NCBI GenBank assembly: GCA_051362555.1
Contig: CM120644.1
Coordinates: forward strand, 4,968,954-5,032,953
Direction: 5' to 3'
DNA: 64,000 bases
Source of the DNA: Lingula anatina
Lineage: Eukaryota > Animalia > Brachiopoda
Shown here piece after piece: positions 12,901 through 26,497 of the stretch (position 1 is the first letter of the stretch; each line of letters begins with the position of its first letter). A model generated the notes under the pieces. That model searched no databases. It worked only from the letters and a program-made list of their open reading frames with translations, and was not told where the DNA came from. The translations under genes were made by a program, and so were the position numbers.

Positions 12901-15900
12901 CTTGTCACTACATACCTCACGTGCATCTTTCAATTTGCTAGGAAGTTCCACAAATACATTACAGTCAACTTGAAATTGATGCCCTACATCTGTTCAAACC
13001 ACTCCCTCCACCCCTCGAAATTTATTCCCCGACTGTTCCAGTTTTAACAAATCCTGTTTCAGCCCATCCTATTTTGATGTACTCCTAAGGAAATATCCAG
13101 GCACTAGGAATATCAGCCGGGACTCTTTCTTGTTGACTCTTTTGCTATTTTATAATGGCAGTAACAGTGAACTGAGATGGTCTGGGCCTTGTAATGCTTC
13201 CAGCAAATATATACCAAAAGATTAACCTACTAGTAGTAGTTTGGGCTGGCTGTTCTTTGGTGCTTGTAAGCTGAAACAACATCATGGCGGCAGCGGAAGG
13301 GTTCGCAGGCGGGAAGGCATTAGGTAGAGTAAAATGTGTACTGTTTGCGTGTGGTGTTCGTAGGGGAAGCAGGTGGTATTTTGATGAGTAGGAAGATGTT
13401 TACAAGGGAGGCAGGCTGTAAACACATTGTGCTCATTACACGTGACTAACACGGAGAGGTGTCATCACGTAAATTATCAACTTCTTTGCAAAGTTTGTAG
13501 AGCCAGTTCCCACAGGGATTAACTTGGGTCGACTTGATGCCATCTGATGACTTATAGGACGACTTTTTTTCCATGATGCATTAATTAGCTAACAACTTTA
13601 TTAGTTAGATTTTGTTTTAAAATCAATTCAATTTTTCTTATCATTTAAATCATTTATATTTCAAACACACACAGATAGTTATAGCAGATGGCATTGTTTT
13701 CAACTTACAGTGAAACTGTGCAGCCTGTGCCCTGTGGGCTGATCAACACATGGAAGAGGTGTAAACATGCCCTCTATTAATATAACTTAGTCCTCATTGA
13801 TCTTATCTAGTTCAGATGTGAACACAGCCATTGGTATTTGTTATTTAAATTTTTGTGTGTGTTTGTGTGATTGTGTGTGTGCAATATGTAGTGTGAAAAA
13901 AAAAAAAAATCAAGGCACATAATAAAACAATCACTATCTATGTGACCAGCAGATGGACGAAACAAAACAGTGATAACTACATGTACATAATTTCATTTTG
14001 GTGACTTATTTATGAGTACTCAATGAGTTAACAAAATCATGCAGGTGAGCTGTACACGCAAAGATTTCAGAGCATTAGTGATTGCAGAGAAAATTTGGTT
14101 TAAGTCCGTGTGTTTGTTGTGGTGACTGATTTGAATAATCTGGTTGATAAAATTAATTTTTTTTCTTATTACGGTATTTTCAATGCAAAGTTTATAGACC
14201 ATTTCTTCTCCCATCTCTCCCCCCCCCCCCCAAATCTGGCAACTTGAAGTGCATATATATAGACATTGGCTTAGCACAAAACATACTACACAGGAAATGA
14301 AATACATGTTTATTAGTTTGGATATATAAGTCTGCATATGTGTATGATACAAAATGATTCCAAATTTGAAATGAAAATAGTCAAAGGAAACATTATTTAT
14401 TGAGACTAACTGTGTCAAAAACAGAGAGTCACATTAATTTAGTGAACATTTTGTTTGACATGTTAAATACATATACATACTTTTTTTCTCTCTCTCTCTC
14501 TCTCTCTTTTGCCAGAAAAGTAAAAAGCAGCTGCACTTTTGATTGTCAGTTACTGGCAACAGTCCCATACTCCTGAAGAAAACTTTGATCTAAAAATGAG
14601 AAAAAACGGAGATTTGTGCCAGAGAAATAATAAAAATGGAACATGAAGTAGGTTAAATTGAATCAAGGCCAAGTTTATAAAAGTTGAGAGTTGAAATAAA
14701 ATTATTTTGCCTAAGTAGTCATAATATTTCAGTTAACACATTGAGGGTATTGGCAGTTTTTGTATTTTATTACCCCCCCCCCCCCATCCTAGCTCTGTGT
14801 TACCCAGTATTTAATTTTTTTTTAATTCACTGTATCCAAGGTCTCATACAGTTACCATGTTTCTCTCCCTTGATTCACAATGACCAAACTTTCCAATGAA
14901 AAATTAGTTGGCACGAGGCCCCTAGACAGCTGACTTTAATTTGTCAAAATATTGACATTAAAACAATGAAAAAATGTACACATGAAAGAAAAAGAAAGAA
15001 AAAAGAAAAAAGAAAAGTCCCCAGACAGCCAACGTCAATTATGACCCTCGTTTCATAACACTGGTATTCTTTTTTGATCAGACTGAGAAAATAAATGAGT
15101 GTTATCCATTTCATAAAATGCTATCTCAATCAATATATTCCATCTTCTGCTATAATAAAAGGCAGTGAAGGTATCTCCAGGACACGCAGTAACAAGTTCC
15201 CACACTTTCCGAGTGCAGTTTTAACAGCACAGGATGATGAAATAATAAAACTTGCAGATTTATGCAAGGAGGTCCTGAAAACAGCCATTAATGTCACACT
15301 CAGGCCCCGCAGGGAACATGCTTCGACATTGATGAGGGGAAGGCAGCCTTTGTTTAACACGACCTTGCATAATATCAGGATCCTTCTCTTACAAGTATTG
15401 ATAGTCATGGTCTGCAGATTATTTGTACCCTGTGATCCTAACATTTATTTTTATCTTAATTACTTTTATATGAGGAAAAAGGGAAGGGGGGAGAGGGGCA
15501 AATTTGATTTATGAGTTATTCAAAAAGTATGTGTGTACTAGTAATGCTATTGGATTTATCCCTTGAATTTCAATTTTGCAAATGCTTCTTGATATATATT
15601 ATGTTAAGTATTTCTATGTAGATATGTATAGGATGCATCATTTTGAAGGGTAGTTTTATATCCACGACGCGTGTGTATCTGTTTAAGGACATTTGATTAT
15701 CAGTCCACAATATACAAACTTGCTAAATAATTTGCTATTTCACCTATCAGACCTGCTAATTAAGAATCATTGAGCTGCTAATACCTGCTAATTTACTGAA
15801 ATCAACATTGTAGATTTGCTTAAGTATGTGGTAATAGATGAAAAACAAATACCTCTGCATTTTTAAAAGAATATTTCTTGTTATTATTATTAATTGAAAA

Positions 15901-16899
15901 GCCAAGAGAGAGAGAGAGAGAGGCGTTAGGTAATGTCACAATGTTTAACTGACAAAAAAAAAAAAAAAAAAAATCAGATGTACAAATTTGAATACTGCTA
16001 GCTACAGTGTTTATTTTCAAAATCTAGTTTACATTCAGGTTTCATCAAAAGCTTTCACATTTGTATAAAACAAATTTTCAAAAGGTATCTCAAATGACAG
16101 CTCAGTAGAAATCTGGAAAAAGGTTATTTGGAGCTTTGCCACTGCCTTGGGGATGGGATTTTTTTTTCTTTTTTTTTTTTTTTTTCCTTTTGAAAATGTC
16201 CGTTTGTGCATATACAACTACCTCATATCTGTACAGTGGTTACAGTGAAGAAGGAAAAAAATGCCTGTGCTGGAAAGTTTCCTTGTCACTTTGTATCTGC
16301 TAGAATATTGCAGCAATTTCTACTTAAAGCATCTCCTGGGACCAGCTCCATCCCTCATTTACCACTAATACCATATTAAATGCTTAGCCAGGGGCAACAG
16401 GTGGCTAGGTTGCCATGGGGCAAGGTATTGACCTCTTGACCTTGACCTCTTGACCAACACAATGTCCAGCACTGTGTCCAGCACTGTGTCCAGGGCAGCA
16501 GATAGATCACATTAAGATCAGCTCACTCTCTCATTGGCTGGAAAGTGGGCTAGTTTAATATGCTAGGTTATCTGTGCTGTTACAGTTAGGGTTGACCACA
16601 TTGTACCAGTATTAAACCAGCTGCTATTATGTGAATTGTGGTTAAAAACCTGGGTCATTCTACATGTACTACCATCCAAACATCCATTTATCAAAAGTGC
16701 TTGACACCTTTATTTGCTGTGAATTAATGCTGCATTCACACACACTATGTGAAACTTAATCAATTTCATTAATTAATTTATCAAGGGATTTATTTTTAGT
16801 CCAATTAGGATGCCTCTTTTCACGACCCCCCCCCCCCCCCCCCCCCCCGCACAAGCCTGCTGCATGTCCCTGTACTTATGATTTCCAATCTGATAGCAT

Positions 16900-18453
16900 C
16901 ACAGTACAATGTTCTCCGCAGACTGTTAAGTCGCCTGTCAGAACACAATTAGTATTTAATTGGCCGTGTAAAAGATCAAAGGAGAATCGGGAGATAATGA
17001 AAGGAGCTCCCTTTTTGTAAACATCGATCTTAGGGGAAAATGTTGTCAGAGATAATTTTGTAAGATGCATCATAAATCAATATTTCATGGAAAAGGTGTT
17101 TGATCTTGAATTCTGTTGCCTGGATGTCGCGGATGTCGTTGTTTGGTGGTCTAAACTGGAACTTGCGTTTCAAAACATGAGATATCTAGGCCCTTGCAAG
17201 CACCTTGGAAAAGGACTTTGCAAAAGTCGATGCAGCTCGTCGACTCGAGCGGTTGTCAACAAAGCGCACATGGTCGGTGCAGTCTGCAAAACAATGTCAC
17301 GTGAGTGATATTGATTACTTCATTTGCATATCTAGGTCAGGTCAACACAGCAACATGGCCAGGCAAAAAGGTTAGTATTTTGATACTTTGAACAGATGAT
17401 TTAGCCCCGAGGGAGCTAAGTTACGCTTGACAATGCCTCATTAAGAATCCAAGCTGTTTATCCCGTCTAATTATGAGAGGAGAGGCGGCACACATGTCTG
17501 GTTAGCTTATGAATGGCACGGGTCGCGTGGTATGTAGCGCGCTCAAAAGCCACCCCTGGCCGGCTGCCAGATAGGCCCCTGTTGTATTTTTACAAAGTTT
17601 GTGTATTTTTTGAATGGATCTTTTATTTCAATGCGCCTATACATTGGCCCCGATTGGTTGATGATTTGCAAGGGACTTTTCTTATTCAGGTCAGGGTTTG
17701 ACAAATGTTTGAGATGTGTATAAACAGAGTCAACAAAGCGCGGCCTTGTTTGCACGTGTTTGCTTTAGCTCAAGCGAGAAAAACGGGGCTTTAGGCATTC
17801 AGTCCAACATTGGCCCAGTTTCGTCGAGTCAAGTTTAGTCTCCCTTGTGTAAAAACAAACCAGTACCGAGTTGCTCACACAGTCAAGGATGGAAGGCTAT
17901 TGAAAACAACTGCCATGTGCGGAGTGTGAGGCTCTAGCTCACGAACGGGGTTGATTGCACTTTTACCTACGAGTCGTAAGTCGCCATGATAATCACAAGC
18001 AGAGAGAACGATCTTTCTTGAGAGGTTGCATCGGGCTGACTTCATTCTGTCAGTGTCCGTGGGCGTGTGACGCCGATCACATTCGATCACTCAGTTGCAT
18101 GCACTTGCAGGTGAAAAATACCAAGAGGCTTTTTGATCTCAGTGACTCCATATTTTCTCTGGAAAACAATCTGGCATAACATGCATGGAGCCGAGATTGA
18201 GAAAGGCTAGCTAATTTAATTGTCAGTTGTGATCGGGGGATGGAATTTACAGCATAGATTATCATGTGTCCTTGACATAAAACACTTGAGAAGAGCTTCG
18301 CAGTGATTTTGACAACACTTCAAGATCTGTCTGGATTAATTATGCCACGGCTGTTTCTTCCTCGCTCAGTGAGAGAACTGAACAAAAATTGAGGAGAAAG
18401 AGCTACTCTAGTTTGTCTTTGAAGAGAAAAAAAATCACAAACACATCGTCATC
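16900..18453 (+). promoter_or_regulatory. CpG-enriched candidate promoter/5'UTR of the exon at 18454
   Basis: Visibly more CG dinucleotides than the flanking intron-like DNA. It ends in an ATG-to-donor exon and then drops into a T-rich intron. Confidence 0.5.
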
Positions 18454-18552
18454 ATGACTTGGCCGGCACGAAGACAGCGCAGGATCTCTCTCCCCGCTGT
18501 GCTGGAGTCTGTACCTGAAAATACGGAGTTTGGTCGAAACAAACACAGATTG
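18454..18552 (+). CDS. PRKAG2: AMPK gamma: candidate first coding exon MTWPARRQRRISLPAVLESVPENTEFGRNKHRL (phase-0 donor)
   Basis: ATCATGA start context, 33 open codons, donor TTG|GTGAGA. Phase 0 joins the 25537 acceptor in frame. Too short for the ORF track. Confidence 0.6.
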
Positions 18553-19740
18553 GTGAGATATAGAGATAAAATATAGGACTTTCTTTTTATTATTTTTTAT
18601 TTTTAAATATTTGATTGACGGGTCCGATTGTTATAAGGATTAGAGCCTTTTGTCAACTGAGAAAAAGAGCAAAAAAGACAGGTAGCTTTTAATATAATTT
18701 CCTTTATATTTCTGGGTTTTTATTTTATTTATTTAATTTTTTTTTATATTTATTTATTTTTGACCAATTAGCAGACCAGTATTCATGCTTTTGTGTTTAT
18801 GTTTGTACATATTAACATTATCTCACTTTGTTTAATCTCATTTTTGCTGTAATCAAACCGTAATGTACTTCCTGAAGAAAAAAAAGATAAACGTTGAAGG
18901 GGTCAGGATATTTAGCACTATTCAAACTTAGATAATTGATAATGTGTGAAATATGTCAAGTGTGTGTGCAGGCTGTGGAGACATGGGAGTCAACAATTTC
19001 TTCTTCTCAAGTGTTGTCATGTTATGAAATAAGGTCAAAAATGGTTTTGTATTTAAAAAACAGATAAGATACGATAGAGATATGCCACGCCTTTTATCAA
19101 CAATACTGAAAAATTCCATTAAGACTATCACATTGTACAATTTTAGTGTCGTTCGGCTATTAATAGATAAATTTGCATTTGTTGTTCCTTTCATTAAGTC
19201 TATTCTAAAGAATGATGATTTTAACCTGAAAGAAATAATAATGAGCCCATATGCTGTTCTGTTTTAAGCTTGATCTTGGAAGCAATGTGAAATGGTATAC
19301 AGATAAGAATTCAGTCATGAGTGAGACAAGCAAAAACAATATACCATACAAGATGCATTAAGCTTCATGTGTTTTCAAGATGGGAAACATATGGAAAAAC
19401 ATTCCACGTATGAAAAATTCTAATTTAAAAAAAGGGATAACTAGACATGGAATACAAACCATGAAATGTCACTGTAAACATGTCATGTCTACATCAGTGT
19501 AGCACAGGGGAAAACCAAGATAACAACCAGACAGTTGGTAAATAATTCTCTGCACTAAGGTCCACATTTCATCACTGAAAATTTCAGTGAAACAGGGTTC
19601 CATCATGTTGTGACAATATGCGAATGGACTTGTCCACCATCCATGTGTATGTATGTATGTGCTGCTAGGCTATTTATTCTCCTGTCATTATCACTGGCTT
19701 TAGAAAGCTGAGCTTGTTAATCCAGGAAAAGTTCATGAAT

Positions 19741-19743
19741 CTC

Positions 19744-19780
<37 letters not shown>

Positions 19781-19798
19781 GTGTCTCTCTCTCTCTCT
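19741..19798. repeat. Imperfect (CT)n microsatellite
   Basis: Read directly. Confidence 0.9.
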
Positions 19799-22700
19799 GT
19801 ACTTAAAAGCCCTATATTTTCTTCTTGAGGCACTGTTGTCCAAGATTAATAATTCTGATATCAAAGATCAGTACCAGATACAAGCACATGCACGTACCTT
19901 TCTCCACTACGTAACTTATGTCCCGTCCCCATCCCAATTTTGCACTGAAATGTCAGCCAGAATTTAGTTGGATAACTGTTCCCATAAAGTCTACAAAGAT
20001 GTGTGTTAAGGACATATCAGGAAAGGATATGTCTGTGTCGTGTTGTTGTTGTAGACATACATTCATTGGGACTTGGTTTTGAGAAGGAAGCTGTGGAAAA
20101 ATGTTCATTGCTATTTTAATGTTTCTTAATTCAACATTCAGCCAACATAATGCAAGATAGATCTTAAAAATAGATAATAATATATTGAGGCGGCAGATAT
20201 TGGATTTGTTACTGAAAATTACCTTAATTTTTGATTGAACTAATAAGTTCATCAGGCAGTGGGCAGCCGATCAGTTGCCTTTCCTTGATATGGTATCGTG
20301 GGCGTTTGCACAGCAGTTTTCATAGAGAACCCTTTCTACATTCTCTTGATTGCCCAATCAATGCTGAATCGATTGCCTCCATTCTATTGAAATGGCTCCA
20401 GCGTAAACAATGTTATACAATGACATTTAAAAGCTTAAGGATTAGCTATGAAGTAATATTTTTTGTTCGAGCTTGTTACGCTGAGTAGCATTACTGGGCA
20501 TGCGATATTTTATGTGACTTGAGAAAGGTCAGTGATGTTGTACTAAGTAACTGGGGGGGGGGGCATTGGGGGGATATGGACTGTTACAGCAAGAACCTCG
20601 TAACCAGAAAAGAACTTAAAACTGAAAGTCTAGTATTCCTCTGTATTTTAATTTTGTACCTTTATATTAAAGGAAAGAGATGGTTAATGTTTGGAGCCAA
20701 TATTTACTTTATTTTAGTGCACTAATGCATGTAAGATTTAGCCTGAATGAAAGTAGACTAAAATGTTCAGCCCTGGTCTAAAGTTCTTTTGTAATACTGA
20801 CACATGGTGTGAAATATGCCCAGGTGGGGAGGACAAAAATTTAGGTTAAATAAACAAAATCTTTCTTGTTAAAAATAAGGTTGAAAAAAAATACCCTTAA
20901 TAACATTGCAGAATGTTTTCGCCCAGCTGTTCCACTCTGTTGAATGTCTCAGTAACTTTATTACTGTATTATCAATGCTTTTACTTGTGATTAAAAAATG
21001 AATTAAGAAAAAAAAACAGGAAGGGGTTTTATATATACAACTAAAAGAAAAATGATAAATGTTATTGCAGTTAGGACTATTAATGTCTTCCGTTTCCTTT
21101 CAGATTGTGCCAGGGTTTGATAAAATGTATATAAACATTAAAAAAAAAAAAAAATTAAATGAAGATTAAGTTCTCAAATTGTGGGACATCATGTAAGCTC
21201 AGTATGAAAAGGAATGTACACATCATTTAAGTGAAAAGAAAAAAGAGCAATGAATATAAAGCAGCATGTTTCTCTTTATGGGAGAAGAAAAGGTGAATAT
21301 TTGCATCTGTGATGAACAAATGTGCCCCTGTCTGAAAAAAGGGCATTCTTGTATAGTTCAGTTATTTTGGCATAGTAACAACAGACTGACTGGCAAGTTT
21401 AAAAACACACGCGCGCACACACACACACCTCTTTCTTAAACCATTAGTGACATCTCCAAAAGTTTACTGTTTCTTCAGAGATATATTTATAATGGGCATA
21501 CACTTAATATGATTGCAACCTTTGCAGAAGAGACGTTTGTTGCCTTTAAATCCTGATCTGCCCACCAGGGGACAGGGGAGACACCACAATTACTGTCATC
21601 ATTTAACTCTACAAAATTACTTAAATACATACAGAGTTGACCATGTTCTTTCAAGTTTATGGGCAGCCATCTAATACTGGTCTGTAGTGAAATTGAAAAA
21701 GAAAAGTGGTCTTGGGATTTGCTTCATTGGAGTTAGTGGATGGAGAAGATACCTGTCGTGTTGTTCCAGTGCTCAGACATGTCAGACTTTATGGACACCA
21801 TTCAGATGAAGATATGACATAACACACAAAGGACTCAGGTGGCCACCATGCCAGCTACAGTTGAAGATAGATATCAGAGTGGAGTTTTGATTCACTCAGT
21901 TATATCATACTAACATAATGAGAAATTAAATCTAGTACTGCGTCTTATGTTGGAATGGAGACCATCACATTTTGAACGTGCAGAATGTCACTGCATGACA
22001 CCGGTGCCAACTCAAAATCAGTTCACCTGCAGAGGGCCTTGTGATAAGGTCCAGTCATGATCTCTGTTTCTATGTAAGACCCAGTACAATATTTTAATTT
22101 CTTATTATCCACGTAGAAGGTGAGCTTGTGAAGAAGATGACCCCACAGCTTGAAGATGGAGTTGTTTTTTTAAGAAGAATAAGCAGTTTATTACAAGAAG
22201 TGGCGATTAAATGACCAACATTTTTGTCCTAGACAAACTTTTTGAATTCTGGGTTTTAATGTGGAACTTGGCCTTGAAATAAAAAGATATAAGAGAATAA
22301 AATGGAATAAATTAAAGAAAAAATATCCAGCTAATGTTACCTGTGGAAGATTGATGTGCAGTGTGGTTATTTGAATTGTTGGAGACTAAAAATAGACATT
22401 CTATTCAGTGTTGGGAGGTGTCGAGTTTGGTTCTTAGGTAAATCCGCATGTTCAGTATAAGATATCAAATAGCAGAAGCTGAAAAACACATCGTGCCTAG
22501 GAAGAAAAACATCACGCAACAAATGGCAGTGAATGCACTAAATGCAGCCCAAGTATATGTCAGTTTGCACGTATTACATACATGCACAAACGTGCTAAAA
22601 TGCACGTCAAACTGCACGCCATATAAATCTGAGTACCCACTGGTCCGTGAAATATGGAAGTTGAAAAGCAAATGAAAAGCAAATGAAATCCAGTTCTCAT

Positions 22701-24035
22701 ATATACAAAGACATATTTTTTGATATAAATTCTAAGCCAAGGTATTTGAGAAGTGGTTTAACAGCAGGTAACAAAGAGACTGGTGTGTCACTCTGTAGGC
22801 TGAAGCTTTTGTAAGATGTAGGTTAAATTATTTGAGAACTGTGGTATAGATTCAAAGGCGAAGGCCACGAAGTTCATATGAAACGCTAGGGAACAACAAA
22901 GACTGAACAGCTAGCCTATGGATTCATATCATTTGCCGATGTCAAGTTGACCCAGTAAAAATTGAATTTAGGTCTAATGCCTCATCTACATAAAAAAACA
23001 GGATATTTCTTCTCAGTGGTTCCCTTACTTCTTTTATTACATCTTTTTAACCCAGAAAAATATAAACATTTTTTAATGAAGAGGGGAAAAAACTGAATTG
23101 CTAAGTGGATGATAATGAACTGTGCAAGAATGACAACTTTGATGAGATATGTCAGGCAGGGAAGGGGGTGGTATTAGACATCTAGTATGGAAACCAGATG
23201 GAATACCTGGGAGAGAGGCCATACTAGTGAATTGTGCCGTAAAAAAGGGGGATAAAGAGATGACAGGGGTGTGGGCATAGATACAGAGTGATTTAGAATG
23301 TTTCCTGAATTGCTGAAAAAAATTCCTAACATGTTACCCCCTACCCTGAGTCTGAAGATAAACCCATCCTCAGTGCTCGACAATAACATCTTTCACTCTG
23401 TTGCTACTAAACGCAAATAGGCCTGTAGATTTTGTTCCTGCTCCAAATTAAAAAAAAATGTTCATCATCATCATCAGGTCTATAATAATGTCAAATTTCA
23501 GTGCCAGGTGTAATATTATCAGAAGTTGTTGAACACATATTGTTTGTCAGTTCGTTCAGATACACTAGTACACTAGCCATAGATTCTACAGCATGGTAGC
23601 TATTTTTTTGGTCGACTGCTGTGTATTCAAGTAAATGAGAAATCACGGACCAGGCTGATTCCCAGGTTGTTTTTCTCTCTGAAGGTCAAACCTTTCTACA
23701 AATAGAATCAAGCAATTTGCAAATAATGTGATTACCTATACGGAGCATGTTGCTGAATTTGATCAAAATGTTAATTCTGGTTTTGGATTGATTGGTATGT
23801 TTCACTAATGCAGTGCTATTAGGTAGTAAACATGAAGAAGAGGGGGGGGGGGGGGGATCTTGATGATTTTCTCCAAATGTTGGGCCCAAACAGTATTATA
23901 AGGGGGAGGGGGGGGCAGTTTTAACCCTCCATACATCACTGTATTATGTTACCTTCTTTTTTATGCAGAAGGGGTATCAAGGCCCCCTAAGTGCTTCACC
24001 AGCAGTCAATGCATGAAGATAAGTATATATATTTA

Positions 24036-24210
24036 CAGGGGCGGATTCAGGCAGTTATCTGGGTCTTCCAGAAGGCGGTCAGATTTCCAAGTTTATGTGA
24101 ACGAGTAACTAACTTTTTTTTCCTTCTGTGGGAAGATGGTCAGTTATAGAGAACGGATCAACAAAGATAATTTGGAAGACTGTCAGAAAATATCTCTGTA
24201 TCTGCCCCTG
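24036..24210. mobile_element. Small TIR element (MITE-like, 175 bp)
   Basis: Left end CAGGGGCGGATTCAG. Right end CTGTATCTGCCCCTG, whose reverse complement CAGGGGCAGATACAG matches 13/15. TA flanks both sides. Confidence 0.65.
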
Positions 24211-25536
24211 TATGTACCATCAGTGCAGACCCTAACCTCTCTCCATAGCTATGAGGGAAGTGACCTGAAAAGTCCATCTTAAATTTGACCAAGCGTGAAC
24301 TTCAAGCACTTCACATTGACATTGATGGATCACAACACATTTGTTAACTTTTTTTCAGTTTATCAGGTGAAAACTATTGTATTGTAGTCAACTTTCTTCT
24401 CATGTTGTTATGATAAAAGTTTATCACGTACTGTTTTAGTAGGTTTAATTTTTGTGAACAAAAGCCTCAAAGTGGGCCAATGTGCAGAGTTAAACATAGT
24501 CATGATTTAATTTCACACCGTTGCACAGGTATTAAAAAACAAGTTGTTTTGCTCTACCGCCGTGTCTATTTTTAGACCTTAAACAAATAACCATCAAAAA
24601 GAGTAAACAAAAAACATGGTTTATATGGCAGTTGAATGCTTTCAGTAATGTTTTCTGTATTATTTTACTCTGTGTAATTAAATCAATTGCAGTGTTGAAA
24701 AAAAATGTTAGTTTATCAAAGATGGCTACAATTGTGGACTTGGTTGTAGGGTGTTTCTATTGAAAGGAAAACATTGGGTGTGTTTGCAGTGTATTATTAG
24801 GCTACATGTATGTGTTTATATCCCGTGCTCCAGTTTGTGTTATTCTGTGGAATCAGATGCTGACTGACCTGACATATAATCGATAAATGCCCTTTAGTAA
24901 TTCCTCTCTGCATGGCATTGGATGTATATACATGACAACCTAGAAAGTTTGATGAATTAAATTTTATTTATCGCAGAAGAATTTGTTTGACTTGCATCTT
25001 GTTGGGTGGAGAAGGTTGTCCAAAATAAATGCTGCAGAATATAATAGGCTGTATTTGGTAACTCAGTCTGTCAAAGCACAGGTTGGAGAAAATATTTGCA
25101 CTGGCAAAGGAGAGTTAACTTGCGCCTAATCTGCACCCAGCTTAGTCTGGCATCAGAAATTAAAGCAATTTTTTTTCTCCAATTTAAAAAAAAATATTGT
25201 TTATAAAAAGTTAAACTTAGAAAAGGAAAGCATAAACTAATAGAAATGAACCACTGCTTTAACATGGGTATCAGTAAAAAGATTAATATTCTATTCATTT
25301 TCTCAGTTTTATAGGTAAACAGGATAAGAATCCCAATCCACTGGTGATCCCTTTAACAGTTGTTGGTCTTTGACATTAGTACATTCAAATGATTTAATTT
25401 GTTTTCTAGGATACATGTTGGTGATAAGCTGTGGAAAAGCTAAAAAAAGTCCCAAAAATTTACTGAAACTGTATAATTTCAACAACAACTGAATATTGTT
25501 GACATTATCGTAAATCATTTGTGTTTGTTATTCTAG

Positions 25537-26205
25537 GACCTGAGTTCGTTTGCAATGCCCGTTCTAGACCAGGATGCATTGGAACCCCCAGGAAGCTCTG
25601 AAGAGTTCCGGCCTCGTTCTGGATCGGGTGGACTTAAATCACTATTTCGCCCAAATAAGATAAGACAGCGCCACAAATCGGGCGAGGTTGTCGGTTCAGG
25701 CCCCAACTCAGCCAGTGGATCACCAAAAGAGAAAGAAAGTGGAAGTGGGACGTCTAAAGTAAAAACTTTCTTTGACGCCTTTCGACCTCGGTCGAAGTCC
25801 GATGCAGCGGCCATGAGCCGTCCAAGGAGGAAAAGTGGACCCGCGGGGGTTGCGGCCCCGATTACAAGTTCTTCACTACAAGTCACAGGTGGCCTTGACG
25901 GAATACGCCCGCGAGCACAGTCTGTCGGCAAACGACCGGATCTAGTACGACCGGGGACAAATAGTCCAAATCATAATCTAGATCCATTAATGGCCTCCAG
26001 ATCTCCAGTGAAAGCCATGACTCCCATGAGCCAGTTACTGGAAGAAGGGACACGTGGAGGAGACGGGAAATCCAAATTGGCTTATAACACACCACTGAGA
26101 GTGGACACAAGTAATGGCAGCAAATTCGGTGGACCTCTGTCGCCGACGGGTATTCCACCAAATGCTCCACAGATGGGGAGGAAAATGAGCCCTGGTCCAC
26201 AACAG
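25537..26205 (+). CDS. PRKAG2: AMPK gamma-2-like N-terminal exon (DLSSFAMPVLDQ...MSPGPQQ), phase 0 to 0; internal ATG at 25555
   Basis: Acceptor TTTGTTATTCTAG|GAC, donor CAG|GTAAGT, 669 nt open and GC-rich. First residues DLSSFAMPVLD match recalled human PRKAG2 DLSSFAMPLLD at 10/11. Ser/Pro/Gly-rich with repeated RxRxxS motifs. Confidence 0.88.
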
Positions 26206-26288
26206 GTAAGTTTTATTACACATAATGCATTTGGTAAAAGGGTTTCTAGCATCACGTACATGCTGCACCAGACTGAGGAATGTTGTTA

Positions 26289-26497
26289 AGTCCCCTTGGT
26301 TGTTCAGTCGGCATCCTTTCTGCGTCCTGTGGCACAGCTCCATTTGAGGGTAAAAGAAAAATAGTTGATGTACCGACAACTGGCTGATCATTGAGCATTG
26401 ATTTTGTAACCGAAGAGATGCTTGAGGTTCCTTTCTACGACTACAACGATGCCAGTTTCATGGTCGCAGAAAGGACGATGTCCAGTATAAAGGGGGG
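26289..26497 (-). mobile_element. Diverged MITE, inverted copy of the element at 43877-44094
   Basis: ATGGTCGCAGAAAGGACG and GGCTGATCATTGAGCATT are exact or near reverse complements of CGTCCTTTCTGCGACCAT and AATGCTCAATGATCGGCC in the 43.9-kb copy. Confidence 0.8.

Noticed and set aside
13284-13329. ATGGCGGC-initiated mini-ORF MAAAEGFAGGKALG as a first exon
   Set aside because: The best donor (TAG|GTAGAG) is phase 1 and out of frame with 25537, and the phase-0 alternative (GTAAAA) is weak. It could be a UTR exon or YY1-like site but is unsupported.
15095-15514. 139-aa ORF
   Set aside because: No recognisable domain, intron-like composition, and no convincing splice sites.
17355-17376. ATG GCC AGG CAA AAA G|GTTAGT as a first exon
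   Set aside because: Phase 1, incompatible with the next acceptor, and very short.
26206-26289. ORF extension VSFITHNAFG... past the donor, and likewise the tails of the 31251, 48849, 60557 and 62046 ORFs
   Set aside because: Read-through into intron beyond consensus GT donors.
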